Shown here one piece after another: positions 27,349-36,573 of a DNA stretch of 64,000 bases. Position numbers and translations under genes: made by a program. The stretch is from an uncultured Acidobacteriota bacterium (GTDB lineage Bacteria; Acidobacteriota; Thermoanaerobaculia; Multivoradales; UBA5704), in the NCBI GenBank assembly GCA_963700145.1, contig OY969474.1:3552001-3616000 (forward strand). The letters are read 5' to 3'. The notes under the pieces are model-generated. The model searched no databases. It worked only from the letters and a program-made list of their open reading frames with translations, and was not told where the DNA came from. Numbering within the stretch: the first letter of the stretch is position 1; every line of letters begins with the position of its first letter.

Positions 27349-29790
27349 ATGAACATCGTTAAGAAGTTCAAAGATAGTGGCGCCACTTCCGAGGCTAAGG
27401 TCACTGTGGACATAAGCTACGACATCATCCGGCACGTGTCGGCGCAGCTCTACACGAGCCCCCGGAAAGCCATTGAAGAGCTAGTCTGCAACTCTTATGA
27501 CGCTGGCGCTTCCGAGTGCCATGTCACCGTGCCGCTACTCACCAAGGACCCCCTGCTCGTACTTGACAATGGCAAGTCGATGGATGTCCACGGCCTGCAC
27601 GGTTTATGGCAGGTCGCTAGCAGCCCAAAGGCGGTTCCGGACGGTCAGCCCAGAATTGCCAATCGCCGCATGCAAATAGGAAAGTTCGGGGTCGGAAAGC
27701 TCGCAGCTTTTGCTCTTGGAAGCAGTCTAACCCATGTCGCCTGCGTCAAGGGCGCTGTACGAATGATTTCAGTTAACCAAAGCCAGATTAGAGACAAGGC
27801 GCACGGAAGGCGGCCAACTTTCGACGTTTTCAACCTTCCGATGTCCAAGGCGAGGCCGCTTCTCGAAAATCTCTTAGCGGACCTTCCCAAGCCGTGGGAC
27901 CGAGGCTGGCCAACCTGGACTCTCGCGATGGTAGACAATATCGAAGAAGGCGCGATAGCGCAGTCGTTGAAGATTGGAATCCTGCGGCGCATGATTGCTT
28001 CGGCGCTCCCGATATCCTCGAAATTCAAAATATTCTTGCAAAAGGATCTCGTGCCCCTTCGAGAACTGGACCCCGAAAGCATCGAGGTCACCGTCAACGT
28101 ACTGGACAAGGCGTTCCGCGAGGTTCTCACCGCCTCACTGCGAGAGTACTGGGCGGAACGGCTTGGCGAAGCTCCAGAGGCGATCCCCACTGATCTCTAC
28201 ACCCTTCAAGTAGTGAAGGTTCCTGACCCAGAGAATGTTACGCGGCGCGTTACGGCGTTACATGTGCCAGACCTAGGAGCAATCTTTGGAAAGGCAGTCT
28301 CCACAAAGACTTCGCTCACTACGGATAAGCTAGAAGGGCGTGGCTACTCAAACAATGGCTTCGCGGTAACTGCGTATGGGAAGCTGATCAATCCGGAGGA
28401 CCCTCTCTTCGGGGTGACCCAGCGCAGTCACAAATACTGGAGCCGGTTTCTGGCGCGGGTGGAAATGCCGGGCCTCGATAAGGTTCTGTTGGTGCAACGG
28501 AATGCCGTCTCTGAAAACTCCCCCGAGGCCCAACTTGCCCGCGAGGTGCTCCGGTCGCTTTTCAATTACACCAGGACTCTTGTCGAAGCACACGAAGACA
28601 GCGACCAGTACGATCCCGGTTCCTTTGGTAAGCGGTTGGCGACGTCTTCACCAATCCTGGCACAAGCCGCCCTCAAGGGACTCTTTGAAGGTCCCGTCGG
28701 GCCAGACGATCTCCTCAAACTCTCGATCGAATTCGCCACGCTCGGCACATCCGGTCCTCCTGCCACACTGGACGCCGACTCAAGGACTCTCTTCGTCAAT
28801 GAAGACCATCCTCTTCTGGCCGCCATGGACCATCTCGGTGCCCTCTCTAAACAGATGCGCCGGGTCATCGGCGAGGTGCTCGGCGGGATTGAAGTTGGCA
28901 AGGGATATCTTCGCGCCCGCAGAGTGCCGGAGATTGTAATCACCGAGACAAGTGAGCTTCTTGATGCCTCTCAGCGGAGCGCCGCTGACTTCGTACGCGA
29001 TACCGCCGAGCAACACATTGCTGAGATTTATGACGCCTCCTTTGGCGGTAAGGAGCCTTTCGAGAAGGCGGTGGTTGAGGCCTTCCGCAGCCTGCGCTTG
29101 GCTGCCCACCATTATGGCAAGCCGGACCAACCCGACGGCATCATTGAAATTCCTCGATCTGGCGAGGGCAACCTTCGTATCTCAGTCGAGGCCAAGGGCA
29201 GCCACGGCCTGATCACTCATAAGGAGTTAAGTGAAGCAACGATCAGCCGCCACAGCGGTGACCATGCCTGCCAGCACGCCATTGCGATTGCCCGCGAGTT
29301 CGCCAAGGCGGGCCGCGCTGGCAAAGACAGTGCTCTCCTCCGGGAAACGAAGGGTAAGGTTCCTCTTCTTACGGTAGACGGCATTGCTCACATGCTTCGC
29401 TTGCATAAACGTCGGAACTTCACTTACGACAAGATCGCTCGGATTCTGACGACGTGGACCCATCCAGATGATCTCGTCCGGTTCATTGAGGAGATCTGGC
29501 GCGAACTGCCTGAGCTTGGCCTTATGCGCTTGATCCTCACCGTAGCGCACGACCTCATCACGCAGGACTCCACTAACCTCCCTGAGGTGGGGATGATTCT
29601 CGCAGACCCACGCATCCGCAAGAAGAAGGTCAAGAGAGAGGATGTTGTTACTGTTCTCGAGGCTGTTCAGATTACGACGAGGATGATTACAATCATCGAT
29701 CCGAGTGCTCACCGCTTCGAGCTGAACGCCCCCGTCCAGACAATTCTGGAGGCGATGCAGGTGGAAGGACTCTCCGATAGTTCGCACTGA
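27349..29790 (+). CDS. GHKL (MORC/HSP90-like) ATPase fused to PD-(D/E)xK nuclease
   Basis: EELVCNSYDA, DNGKSM, GKFGVG; later FEKAV...PDGII...VEAK; lower GC than the host genes. Confidence 0.82.
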   Translation: MNIVKKFKDSGATSEAKVTVDISYDIIRHVSAQLYTSPRKAIEELVCNSYDAGASECHVTVPLLTKDPLLVLDNGKSMDVHGLHGLWQVASSPKAVPDGQPRIANRRMQIGKFGVGKLAAFALGSSLTHVACVKGAVRMISVNQSQIRDKAHGRRPTFDVFNLPMSKARPLLENLLADLPKPWDRGWPTWTLAMVDNIEEGAIAQSLKIGILRRMIASALPISSKFKIFLQKDLVPLRELDPESIEVTVNVLDKAFREVLTASLREYWAERLGEAPEAIPTDLYTLQVVKVPDPENVTRRVTALHVPDLGAIFGKAVSTKTSLTTDKLEGRGYSNNGFAVTAYGKLINPEDPLFGVTQRSHKYWSRFLARVEMPGLDKVLLVQRNAVSENSPEAQLAREVLRSLFNYTRTLVEAHEDSDQYDPGSFGKRLATSSPILAQAALKGLFEGPVGPDDLLKLSIEFATLGTSGPPATLDADSRTLFVNEDHPLLAAMDHLGALSKQMRRVIGEVLGGIEVGKGYLRARRVPEIVITETSELLDASQRSAADFVRDTAEQHIAEIYDASFGGKEPFEKAVVEAFRSLRLAAHHYGKPDQPDGIIEIPRSGEGNLRISVEAKGSHGLITHKELSEATISRHSGDHACQHAIAIAREFAKAGRAGKDSALLRETKGKVPLLTVDGIAHMLRLHKRRNFTYDKIARILTTWTHPDDLVRFIEEIWRELPELGLMRLILTVAHDLITQDSTNLPEVGMILADPRIRKKKVKREDVVTVLEAVQITTRMITIIDPSAHRFELNAPVQTILEAMQVEGLSDSSH

Positions 29791-29796
29791 GGGCTT

Positions 29797-31170
29797 ATGC
29801 AAGATTCCGAACCCCGCCCCCCTAGTTGCGACTTGGCTGTCACGCCCTTGTGTCCCTCGGCGTTGTTGGGATGGGATGATTCTCATGGTCATCGCTTTAC
29901 TCATGACTTGTTCAAATTCCCCGGCAAATTTCACCCACCGATTGTCGAGAACATCCTTAAGCGCCTCTGCCCGCGCACCGTGATCGATCCGATGGCGGGC
30001 GTTGGCACCGTATCTGTTGAGGCGAAGGCCGCGGGAATAGCGTCGCTCTCCATTGACGTCGATCCAGTCAGCGTCTTCATAGCCCGTGCTAAGACGACTC
30101 CCATCTCGCGCGCGGCTCTTGAAGATGCCTGGAGTGACTTTCAACCGGTCCTCCGACGGATCCGGAGGTCCGCAAGAGAGATTGAGCGCCTGCGATTCGA
30201 GGATATTGCTCTAGCCACGATGCGCAGGCGCCTGGCTACGAACGGCCACAGGGGACTTGCTTCCCTCCAGTACTGGTTTCGTCGGTATGTTCTCGCCGAT
30301 TTTGCCCTCCTCGATCACTCGATTTGGAACGGCGGGTTGGAACGGCGTGGAGCGGTAGTGCGCCGGTTTTTCAAGGCCTGCCTGCTGAGCGCGGTGAGGC
30401 GTATCAGCAATGCAGATCCGTATCCAGTTAGCGGCCTGGAGATAACGAAGCATATGCGGGAGAGGCTTACTCATGGATACGTCATCGACGTTGCGAGCGA
30501 GTTCGAGCGCCGAGTGCTTCTCAATATTGAGCGAATGGCGGCATTCTATCAATACCTCGAGGAGCGTCGACAGCTAGGTACGCCGGTTCAGATAATTCAG
30601 GCTGATTGCATCAGACTCGTGCAGATCAAGGAGCGGTGGGCCCCTGAGGTGGATCTCATACTATTTTCGCCACCGTACTGCAACGCCATCGAGTACTGGC
30701 GGCGGCATCGGCTTGAGTATTTCCTGGGAGGGTTCCTTACCCCGGATGCCATTCCGGAAATTCAGAGGCGTTTCATAGGTCGACGCACGATCGGCCGTCG
30801 CTCGGCCGAAAGGCCACCATCTCTCAACCAGAAGCAGATAGACCTGCAAATCAAGTCTCTGCATGAAGAAGGACGTCGGGAAAAGGCATGGCAACTTTGG
30901 AATTACTTTCACGACATGGGTTTACGGCTAGAGGTGTTCTGCGAAACTCTGCGCGCGGGTGGCGTGGCGGTTCTCGTCGTCGGTGACAGCCACACCGGTG
31001 GACACAGAATTCCGACAGCGGCCATTCTGCAGGACCTAGCCGAGAAGAAGGGTTTCGCGGTTGAGACTACTGCTTGTTACTCGATCATGAACCGCTCAAT
31101 GCAGTATCCCCTGAAGGAAGGCTCCGCGAAGATTGCGGACGAGACCATCGTCGTTCTGCGCAAACCGTAG
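29797..31170 (+). CDS. DNA methyltransferase, probably N4-cytosine
   Basis: FPGKF, DPMAGVGT (motif I), FSPPY (motif IV). Confidence 0.88.
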   Translation: MQDSEPRPPSCDLAVTPLCPSALLGWDDSHGHRFTHDLFKFPGKFHPPIVENILKRLCPRTVIDPMAGVGTVSVEAKAAGIASLSIDVDPVSVFIARAKTTPISRAALEDAWSDFQPVLRRIRRSAREIERLRFEDIALATMRRRLATNGHRGLASLQYWFRRYVLADFALLDHSIWNGGLERRGAVVRRFFKACLLSAVRRISNADPYPVSGLEITKHMRERLTHGYVIDVASEFERRVLLNIERMAAFYQYLEERRQLGTPVQIIQADCIRLVQIKERWAPEVDLILFSPPYCNAIEYWRRHRLEYFLGGFLTPDAIPEIQRRFIGRRTIGRRSAERPPSLNQKQIDLQIKSLHEEGRREKAWQLWNYFHDMGLRLEVFCETLRAGGVAVLVVGDSHTGGHRIPTAAILQDLAEKKGFAVETTACYSIMNRSMQYPLKEGSAKIADETIVVLRKP

Positions 31171-31315
31171 GAGAGGTTCGGAGTCGAGCCTGCGCAGCAA
31201 CGGCTCTGTGCGGATCGGGAGTGCCTGGCGGCGGGGGTGCGGGAAGTTTCGGTTGGACTCCGCAGTGAGCGAAGCTCTGTCGAATGAAGTAGTTGTCTCA
31301 TTCCGCCAAGCGCCG

Positions 31316-31525
31316 CGGGAAATGCCGCGGGCGTTCCGGAGAATGCCGCAGCCGCTGCGGGGAACCCCGCAGGCGGTGAGGAAAATGCCGCAGCGACCGC
31401 GGCGAATCTCGCAAGCGCTGGGGGAAATGCCGTCGTGGCCGGGGGAAATGCCTCAGCCGTTCCGGGAAACGCCGCAGCCGCCGTGGGAAATGCCTCCGCG
31501 GGTGCGGCGACGTCTCCGACGGCTC
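31316..31525. repeat. 21-nt-periodic array, ~10 units, consensus near CGGGAAATGCCGCAGCCGNTG
   Basis: cgggaaatgccgcgggcgttc / cggagaatgccgcagccgctg / ggggaaatgcctcagccgttc etc. Confidence 0.8.
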
Positions 31526-31605
31526 TTCAGCGAGGGATGGGACGGCGAATGGGATGGGTTGGCAGGAGCGTGGAACAGGTCCGGCCGCGACCGGGCGGCT
31601 CGGCC

Positions 31606-31772
31606 GGCGATTGGGCTGGGTACGCGGACGAATGGGACAGGTACACCGGCGATTGGGCTGGGTACGCCGGCGATTGGGACAGGTACGGCCGCGAATGGGA
31701 CAGGTACGCGCGCGAATGGGCTAGGTACAGCGGCGATTGGGACAGGTACGCGGCGTACCCAGCCCATTCGCG
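31606..31772. repeat. 21-nt tandem array, 7 units plus one inverted unit
   Basis: GCGA(T/A)TGGG(CTG/ACA)GGTAC units; inverted copy GCGTACCCAGCCCATTCGCG at 31753-31772. Confidence 0.88.
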
Positions 31773-31908
31773 CGCGGACCCGCTCCAAACGGCCGCGCGG
31801 CTGCTCCGTCGCCGGCTGAAGCGGCGGGTTCGGCCGCCGACCCGGTCCATCCGCCGGCGCGGGCCGCCGGTTCGCCGGCCGAGGAGTTGTGAACGAGCGG
31901 GGAGAAGC

Positions 31909-31985
31909 TGGTGCAGCCAGGAGGAGTCGAACCCCCAACCTACAGATCCGTAGTCTGTCGCTCTATCCAGTTGAGCTATGGCTGC
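31909..31985 (-). tRNA. tRNA-Arg(ACG)
   Basis: GCAGCCATAGCTCAACTGGATAGAGC...ACAGA-CTACGGA-TCTGT...GGTTCGACTCC...GGCTGCACCA, full cloverleaf with CCA. Confidence 0.97.
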
Positions 31986-32098
31986 ACGGTCGGACGCGCG
32001 TGCGGAGGGCGCATTCTAGCCCGCCAAGATGCGGCAACGCAAGGCGGGAAGGGCGCATTCCCGTGCCGCGGCGGGCGGCCGAATCTATACTCCGCGGC

Positions 32099-32902
32099 AT
32101 GGCTTCCCTCCCGGTCCTGCAGCCGCGCCGCGGGTTCGGGGAGACCGCCCGGCGCGACCTGTGGTGGCTGCAGCCGGTCGCCGTCTTCCTCGGGCTCTCG
32201 ACCTTCGTCGTCTACTCGACCTGGGCGGCGTTCCAGGGCGAGCACTACCACTTCGGGCCGTACCTCTCGCCCTTCTACTCGCCCGAGCTCTTCGGCTCCT
32301 CGCCGCACGCCTGGTTCGGGCCCCGCCCCGGCTGGTGGCCGGGGTGGCTGCCGTTCTCGCCGGCGCTCCTCATCCTCTGGGCGCCGGGGGGCTTCCGGCT
32401 CACCTGCTACTACTACCGCGGCGCCTACTACAAGGCGTTCTGGGCCGATCCGCCGTCGTGCACGGTCGGCGAGCCGCGCCACCGCTACCGCGGCGAGAAC
32501 TCCTTCCCGCTGATCGTCCAGAACGTCCACCGCTACTTCCTCTATCTGGCGCTCCTCTTCCTGCCGATCCTCGCCTGGGACGTCTGGAAGGCGCTCTGGT
32601 TCACCGACCCGGCGACCGGCGCGGTCTCCTTCGGCGTCGGCGTCGGCACGCTGGTCCTGGCGCTCAACCTGGTGCTCCTCTCGGGCTACACCTTCGGCTG
32701 CCACACCCTGCGGCACCTCGCCGGCGGCGGGCTCGACCGCCTCGCCGCCTCGCGCGGCCGCTACTCGGCCTACCGCTGCGCCGGCTGCTTCAACCGCCGG
32801 CACATGCTCTGGGCCTGGTCGAGCCTCGTCGTCGTCGGCTTCAGCGACCTCTACGTCCGTCTCTGCTCGCTGGGCATCTGGAGCGACTGGAGGCTCCTCT
32901 GA
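32099..32902 (+). CDS. Succinate dehydrogenase membrane anchor (Rv0249c-like)
   Basis: YLSPFYSP, FRLTCYYYRGAYY, NVHRY, GCHTLRH; directly upstream of sdhA. Confidence 0.8.
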   Translation: MASLPVLQPRRGFGETARRDLWWLQPVAVFLGLSTFVVYSTWAAFQGEHYHFGPYLSPFYSPELFGSSPHAWFGPRPGWWPGWLPFSPALLILWAPGGFRLTCYYYRGAYYKAFWADPPSCTVGEPRHRYRGENSFPLIVQNVHRYFLYLALLFLPILAWDVWKALWFTDPATGAVSFGVGVGTLVLALNLVLLSGYTFGCHTLRHLAGGGLDRLAASRGRYSAYRCAGCFNRRHMLWAWSSLVVVGFSDLYVRLCSLGIWSDWRLL

Positions 32903-34734
32903 GCTCGAACGGGCGATTCCGCAGCTTCGACTACGACGTGCTGGTGGTCGGAGCGGGCGGGGCCGGGCTGCGGGCGGCGATCGAGGCCTCGAAGTCCGGC
33001 GCCTCGGTCGGACTGGTCTGCAAGTCGCTCCTCGGCAAGGCCCACACGGTGATGGCCGAGGGCGGCATCGCCGCCGCTCTCGCCAACGTCGACGAGCGCG
33101 ACGACTGGCGGGTCCACTTCGCCGACACCATGCGCGGCGGCCAGTACCTCTCGCACCCCGTGATGGCCGAGCTGCACGCCAAGGAGGCGCCGGCCACGGT
33201 GCGCGAGCTGGAGGCCTGGGGGGCGCTCTTCGACCGCACCAAGGACGGGCGGATCCTGCAGCGCAACTTCGGCGGCCACCGCTACCCGCGGCTGGCGCAC
33301 GTCGGCGACCGCACCGGCCTCGAGATGATCCGCACGCTCCAGGACCACGGCATCCACTGCGGCATCGAGGTCCACATGGAGACGACGGTGACGGCGCTGC
33401 TGCTCGACGCGGGCCGCGTCGCCGGCGCCTTCGCCTACGAGCGCGAGAAGGGGCGGTTCCTCCTCTTCCGCGCCGCCGCCGTGGTGCTCGCCACCGGCGG
33501 CGTCGGCCGCGCCTACCGCATCACCTCGAACAGCTGGGAGTACACCGGCGACGGCCACGCCCTGGCCTACGAGGCGGGCGCCGAGCTGATCGACATGGAG
33601 TTCCTGCAGTTCCACCCGACGGGGATGGTGTGGCCGCCGTCGGTGCGCGGCATCCTGGTGACCGAGGGGGTGCGCGGCGAGGGCGGCGTCTTGCGCAACA
33701 GCGAGGGCCGCCGCTTCATGTTCGACGACATCCCCGCCGCCTACCGCGCGCAGACCGCCGACTCCGAGGAGGAGGGGTGGCGCTACACGCAGGGGGACAA
33801 GGAGGCGCGCCGGCCGCCGGAGCTGCTGACCCGCGACCACGTGGCGCGCTCGATCGTGCGCGAGATCCGCGAGGGGCGCGGCAGCCCGCACGGCGGCGTC
33901 TTCCTCGACATCTCCTGGATCAAGCAGCGGCTGCCCGACGCCGAGCAGCACATCAAGAAGAAGCTGCCGAGCATGTACCACCAGTTCAAGGAGCTGGCTG
34001 ACATCGACATCACCGAGCAGCCGATGGAGGTGGGGCCGACGACGCACTACATGATGGGCGGCGTGCGGGTGCACCCCGAGACGCAGATGTCGACCGTGCC
34101 GGGCCTCTTCGCCGCCGGCGAGTGCGCGGCGGGGCTGCACGGCGCCAACCGCCTGGGCGGCAACTCCCTCTCCGACCTCCTGGTCTTCGGCAAGCGCGCC
34201 GGCGCCTACGCCGCCGCCTTCGCCAAGGAGCAGGGGGCGCCGGCGGTCGACGAGACGCAGGCCGAGCGCGCGGCGGCGCGGGCGCTGGCGCCCTTCGAGA
34301 GCAACGGCCACGGCGGCGAGCGCGAGGGGCCGTATGCGGTGCAGCACGACCTCCAGGCCATGATGCAGGAGCTGGTGGGGATCGTGCGCAATGGGCCGGA
34401 GATGGAGCGGGCGCTCGCCGGGCTCGACGAGCTGCGCGGGCGGGCGGCGCGGGTGGCCGTCCCCGGCAACCGCGAGTACAACCCGGCCTGGCACACGGCG
34501 CTCGACCTGCACAACCTCTTCGTCGTCTCCGAGGCGGTGACGCGCGCGGCGCTGGCGCGGCCGGAGAGCCGCGGCGCGCACTTCCGCGAGGACCGGCCGG
34601 AGAAGGACGCGGAGTGGGGGAAGTTCAACCTGGTGCTCAAGAAGGGCGGGGACGGGCGGATGGAGCTGTCGCGCGCGCCCGTCCCCGAGATGACCGCGGA
34701 GCAAAAGGCGATCGTCGAGGCGGAGGCCAAGTAG
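32899..34734 (+). CDS. sdhA: Succinate dehydrogenase/fumarate reductase flavoprotein (probable CTG start)
   Basis: DVLVVGAGGAG, AHTVMAEGG, QFHPT, HYMMGG, HGANRLGGNSL. Confidence 0.93.
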   Translation: MSSNGRFRSFDYDVLVVGAGGAGLRAAIEASKSGASVGLVCKSLLGKAHTVMAEGGIAAALANVDERDDWRVHFADTMRGGQYLSHPVMAELHAKEAPATVRELEAWGALFDRTKDGRILQRNFGGHRYPRLAHVGDRTGLEMIRTLQDHGIHCGIEVHMETTVTALLLDAGRVAGAFAYEREKGRFLLFRAAAVVLATGGVGRAYRITSNSWEYTGDGHALAYEAGAELIDMEFLQFHPTGMVWPPSVRGILVTEGVRGEGGVLRNSEGRRFMFDDIPAAYRAQTADSEEEGWRYTQGDKEARRPPELLTRDHVARSIVREIREGRGSPHGGVFLDISWIKQRLPDAEQHIKKKLPSMYHQFKELADIDITEQPMEVGPTTHYMMGGVRVHPETQMSTVPGLFAAGECAAGLHGANRLGGNSLSDLLVFGKRAGAYAAAFAKEQGAPAVDETQAERAAARALAPFESNGHGGEREGPYAVQHDLQAMMQELVGIVRNGPEMERALAGLDELRGRAARVAVPGNREYNPAWHTALDLHNLFVVSEAVTRAALARPESRGAHFREDRPEKDAEWGKFNLVLKKGGDGRMELSRAPVPEMTAEQKAIVEAEAK

Positions 34735-35484
34735 ATGGCATCGGCGACCTTCCGTATCTGGCGCGGCGCCGCCGACGGCGGGCGGTTCGAGGACTACACG
34801 ACGGACGTGAGTGAGGGCATGGTCGTCCTCGACGCCGTTCACCAGATCCAGGCCGAGTCGGCGCACGACCTGGCGGTGCGCTGGAACTGCAAGGCCGGCA
34901 AATGCGGCTCCTGCTCGGCCGAGGTCAACGGCAAGCCGCGCCTGATGTGCATGACGCGCCTCTCCGAGCTGCCGCTCCAGGAGCCGGTGACGATCGAGCC
35001 GATGAAGGCCTTCCCGGTGGTACGGGACTTGGTGACCGACGTCTCCTGGAACTACGAGGTCAAGAAGCGGATCAAGCCGTTCCAGCCGCGGCCGCCCGAC
35101 GCCCCCGACGGCACCTGGCGGATGGACCAGGCCGACGTCGACCGCGTGCAGGAGTTCCGCAAGTGCATCGAGTGCTTCCTCTGCCAGGACGTCTGCCACG
35201 TGCTGCGCGACCACCGCCTGCACCAGGAGTTCATCGGCCCGCGCTTCCTGGTCCACGTCGCAGCGCTCGAGATGCACCCGCTCGACGTCGCCGACCGCAC
35301 GGCGGACTTGAAGCGCGCGCAGGGGATCGGCTACTGCAACATCACCAAGTGCTGCACCAAGGTCTGCCCCGAGAACATCGCCATCACCGACAACGCGATC
35401 ATCCCGCTCAAGGAGCGGGTGGTGACCCGCTTCTACGACCCGCTCGGGCGCCTCGTGCGCGCCCTGCGCGGTGAGGAGGCCTGA
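34735..35484 (+). CDS. sdhB: Succinate dehydrogenase iron-sulfur subunit
   Basis: CKAGKCGSC, CIECFLCQDVC, CNITKCCTKVCP. Confidence 0.94.
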   Translation: MASATFRIWRGAADGGRFEDYTTDVSEGMVVLDAVHQIQAESAHDLAVRWNCKAGKCGSCSAEVNGKPRLMCMTRLSELPLQEPVTIEPMKAFPVVRDLVTDVSWNYEVKKRIKPFQPRPPDAPDGTWRMDQADVDRVQEFRKCIECFLCQDVCHVLRDHRLHQEFIGPRFLVHVAALEMHPLDVADRTADLKRAQGIGYCNITKCCTKVCPENIAITDNAIIPLKERVVTRFYDPLGRLVRALRGEEA

Positions 35485-35984
35485 TGTTCGAGCTCAAGCG
35501 GCTGTCGAAGGCGGCGGTGCCTGCGGCGCTCGAGAAGGCACAGCGCTACCGGCTGCTCAACGAGCCGCTGGAGGCCGAGAGCATCTGCCTCGACGTGCTC
35601 GAGGTGGAGCCGGAGAACCAGCGGGCGCTGACGACGCTGCTGCTCGCGCTCACCGACCAGTTCGAGGAGCGGCTGGCCGAGGCCGTGCCGCGCGCCCGCG
35701 AGGTGCTCGAGCGCCTGCGCGACCCCTACGGCCAGGCCTACTACGAAGGGCTGGTCGCCGAGCGCAAGGCCAAGGCCCAGATGCGCCGCGGCGGCCTCGG
35801 CGCCGCCCACGCCGTCTACGAGGGGCTGCATCGGGCGATGGCCTGCTTCGAGCGCGCCGCCGCCCTCCGCCCGACCGGCGACGACGAGGCGCTCCTGCGC
35901 TGGAACACCTGCGCCCGCTTGCTGATGAGCCACCGAGAGCTGACCCCCGCGCCGCCGGACGCCGGGGAGCAGATGCTGGAGTAG
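35484..35984 (+). CDS. Conserved helical hypothetical protein
   Basis: ATG overlaps sdhB stop; RYRLLNEP.EAESICLD, LRWNTCAR. Confidence 0.75.
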   Translation: MFELKRLSKAAVPAALEKAQRYRLLNEPLEAESICLDVLEVEPENQRALTTLLLALTDQFEERLAEAVPRAREVLERLRDPYGQAYYEGLVAERKAKAQMRRGGLGAAHAVYEGLHRAMACFERAAALRPTGDDEALLRWNTCARLLMSHRELTPAPPDAGEQMLE

Positions 35985-35997
35985 AGTGCCAAAAGCG

Positions 35998-36555
35998 ATG
36001 GCAAGCTCGGACACAGAGCGGGAGGCACGGCCGGCGGGTACCCCGGTCAAGGACCGCCAGACGGTGACCCCGGAGGGCGTGCGGACGGCGCCGCGGATCG
36101 ACGGGGTCGTCGTGCGGCCCGCCGTCACCCACCCCGACGACCGCGGCGAGCTGTGCGAGATCTACAACCCGGCCTGGGGCGTCCATCCGGAGCCGCTGGC
36201 CTACGTCTACCAAACCATGGTGCGGCCGAGGAAGGTCAAGGGCTGGGTCGTCCACTACCTCCAGGACGACCGGATCTTCGTCATGCTGGGGACGCTCCGC
36301 TGGGTGCTCTACGACGCCCGCGAGGGCTCGCCGACGCGCGGCCTGCTGAACCAGATCTTCCTCTCCGAGCGCAACCGCGCCCTCCTCGTCATCCCCCGCG
36401 GCGTCTATCACGCGGCGCAGAACGTGGGCGACCGCAACGCCTACTTCGTCAACTGCCCCACCCGGCCCTACGACCACGCCGATCCCGACAAGTACCGCCT
36501 GCCGCTCGCCAACGACCTCATCCCCTTCCGCTTCGAGGACGGCCTCGGCGGCTAG
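35998..36555 (+). CDS. RmlC-like dTDP-sugar 3,5-epimerase family cupin
   Basis: HPDDRG, KGWVVH, YDAREGSPT, IPRGVYH. Confidence 0.85.
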   Translation: MASSDTEREARPAGTPVKDRQTVTPEGVRTAPRIDGVVVRPAVTHPDDRGELCEIYNPAWGVHPEPLAYVYQTMVRPRKVKGWVVHYLQDDRIFVMLGTLRWVLYDAREGSPTRGLLNQIFLSERNRALLVIPRGVYHAAQNVGDRNAYFVNCPTRPYDHADPDKYRLPLANDLIPFRFEDGLGG

Positions 36556-36573
36556 ACGGCACGCGAGGCCGGC

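Noticed and set aside
24876-31772. CRISPR interpretation of the 21-nt arrays
   Set aside because: Units are too short, the repeats are degenerate, the variable parts are about 10 nt or less, and no cas genes are present.
31133-31953. ORFs over the repeat arrays as confident genes
   Set aside because: Several frames are open, none has a convincing start, and one runs antisense into the tRNA.
19076-31985. Integrase-type island with an att duplication of the tRNA-Arg 3' end
   Set aside because: No integrase, and I found no repeat of the tRNA 3' end; the TGGTGCA matches near 19.2-19.4 kb are only 7 nt.
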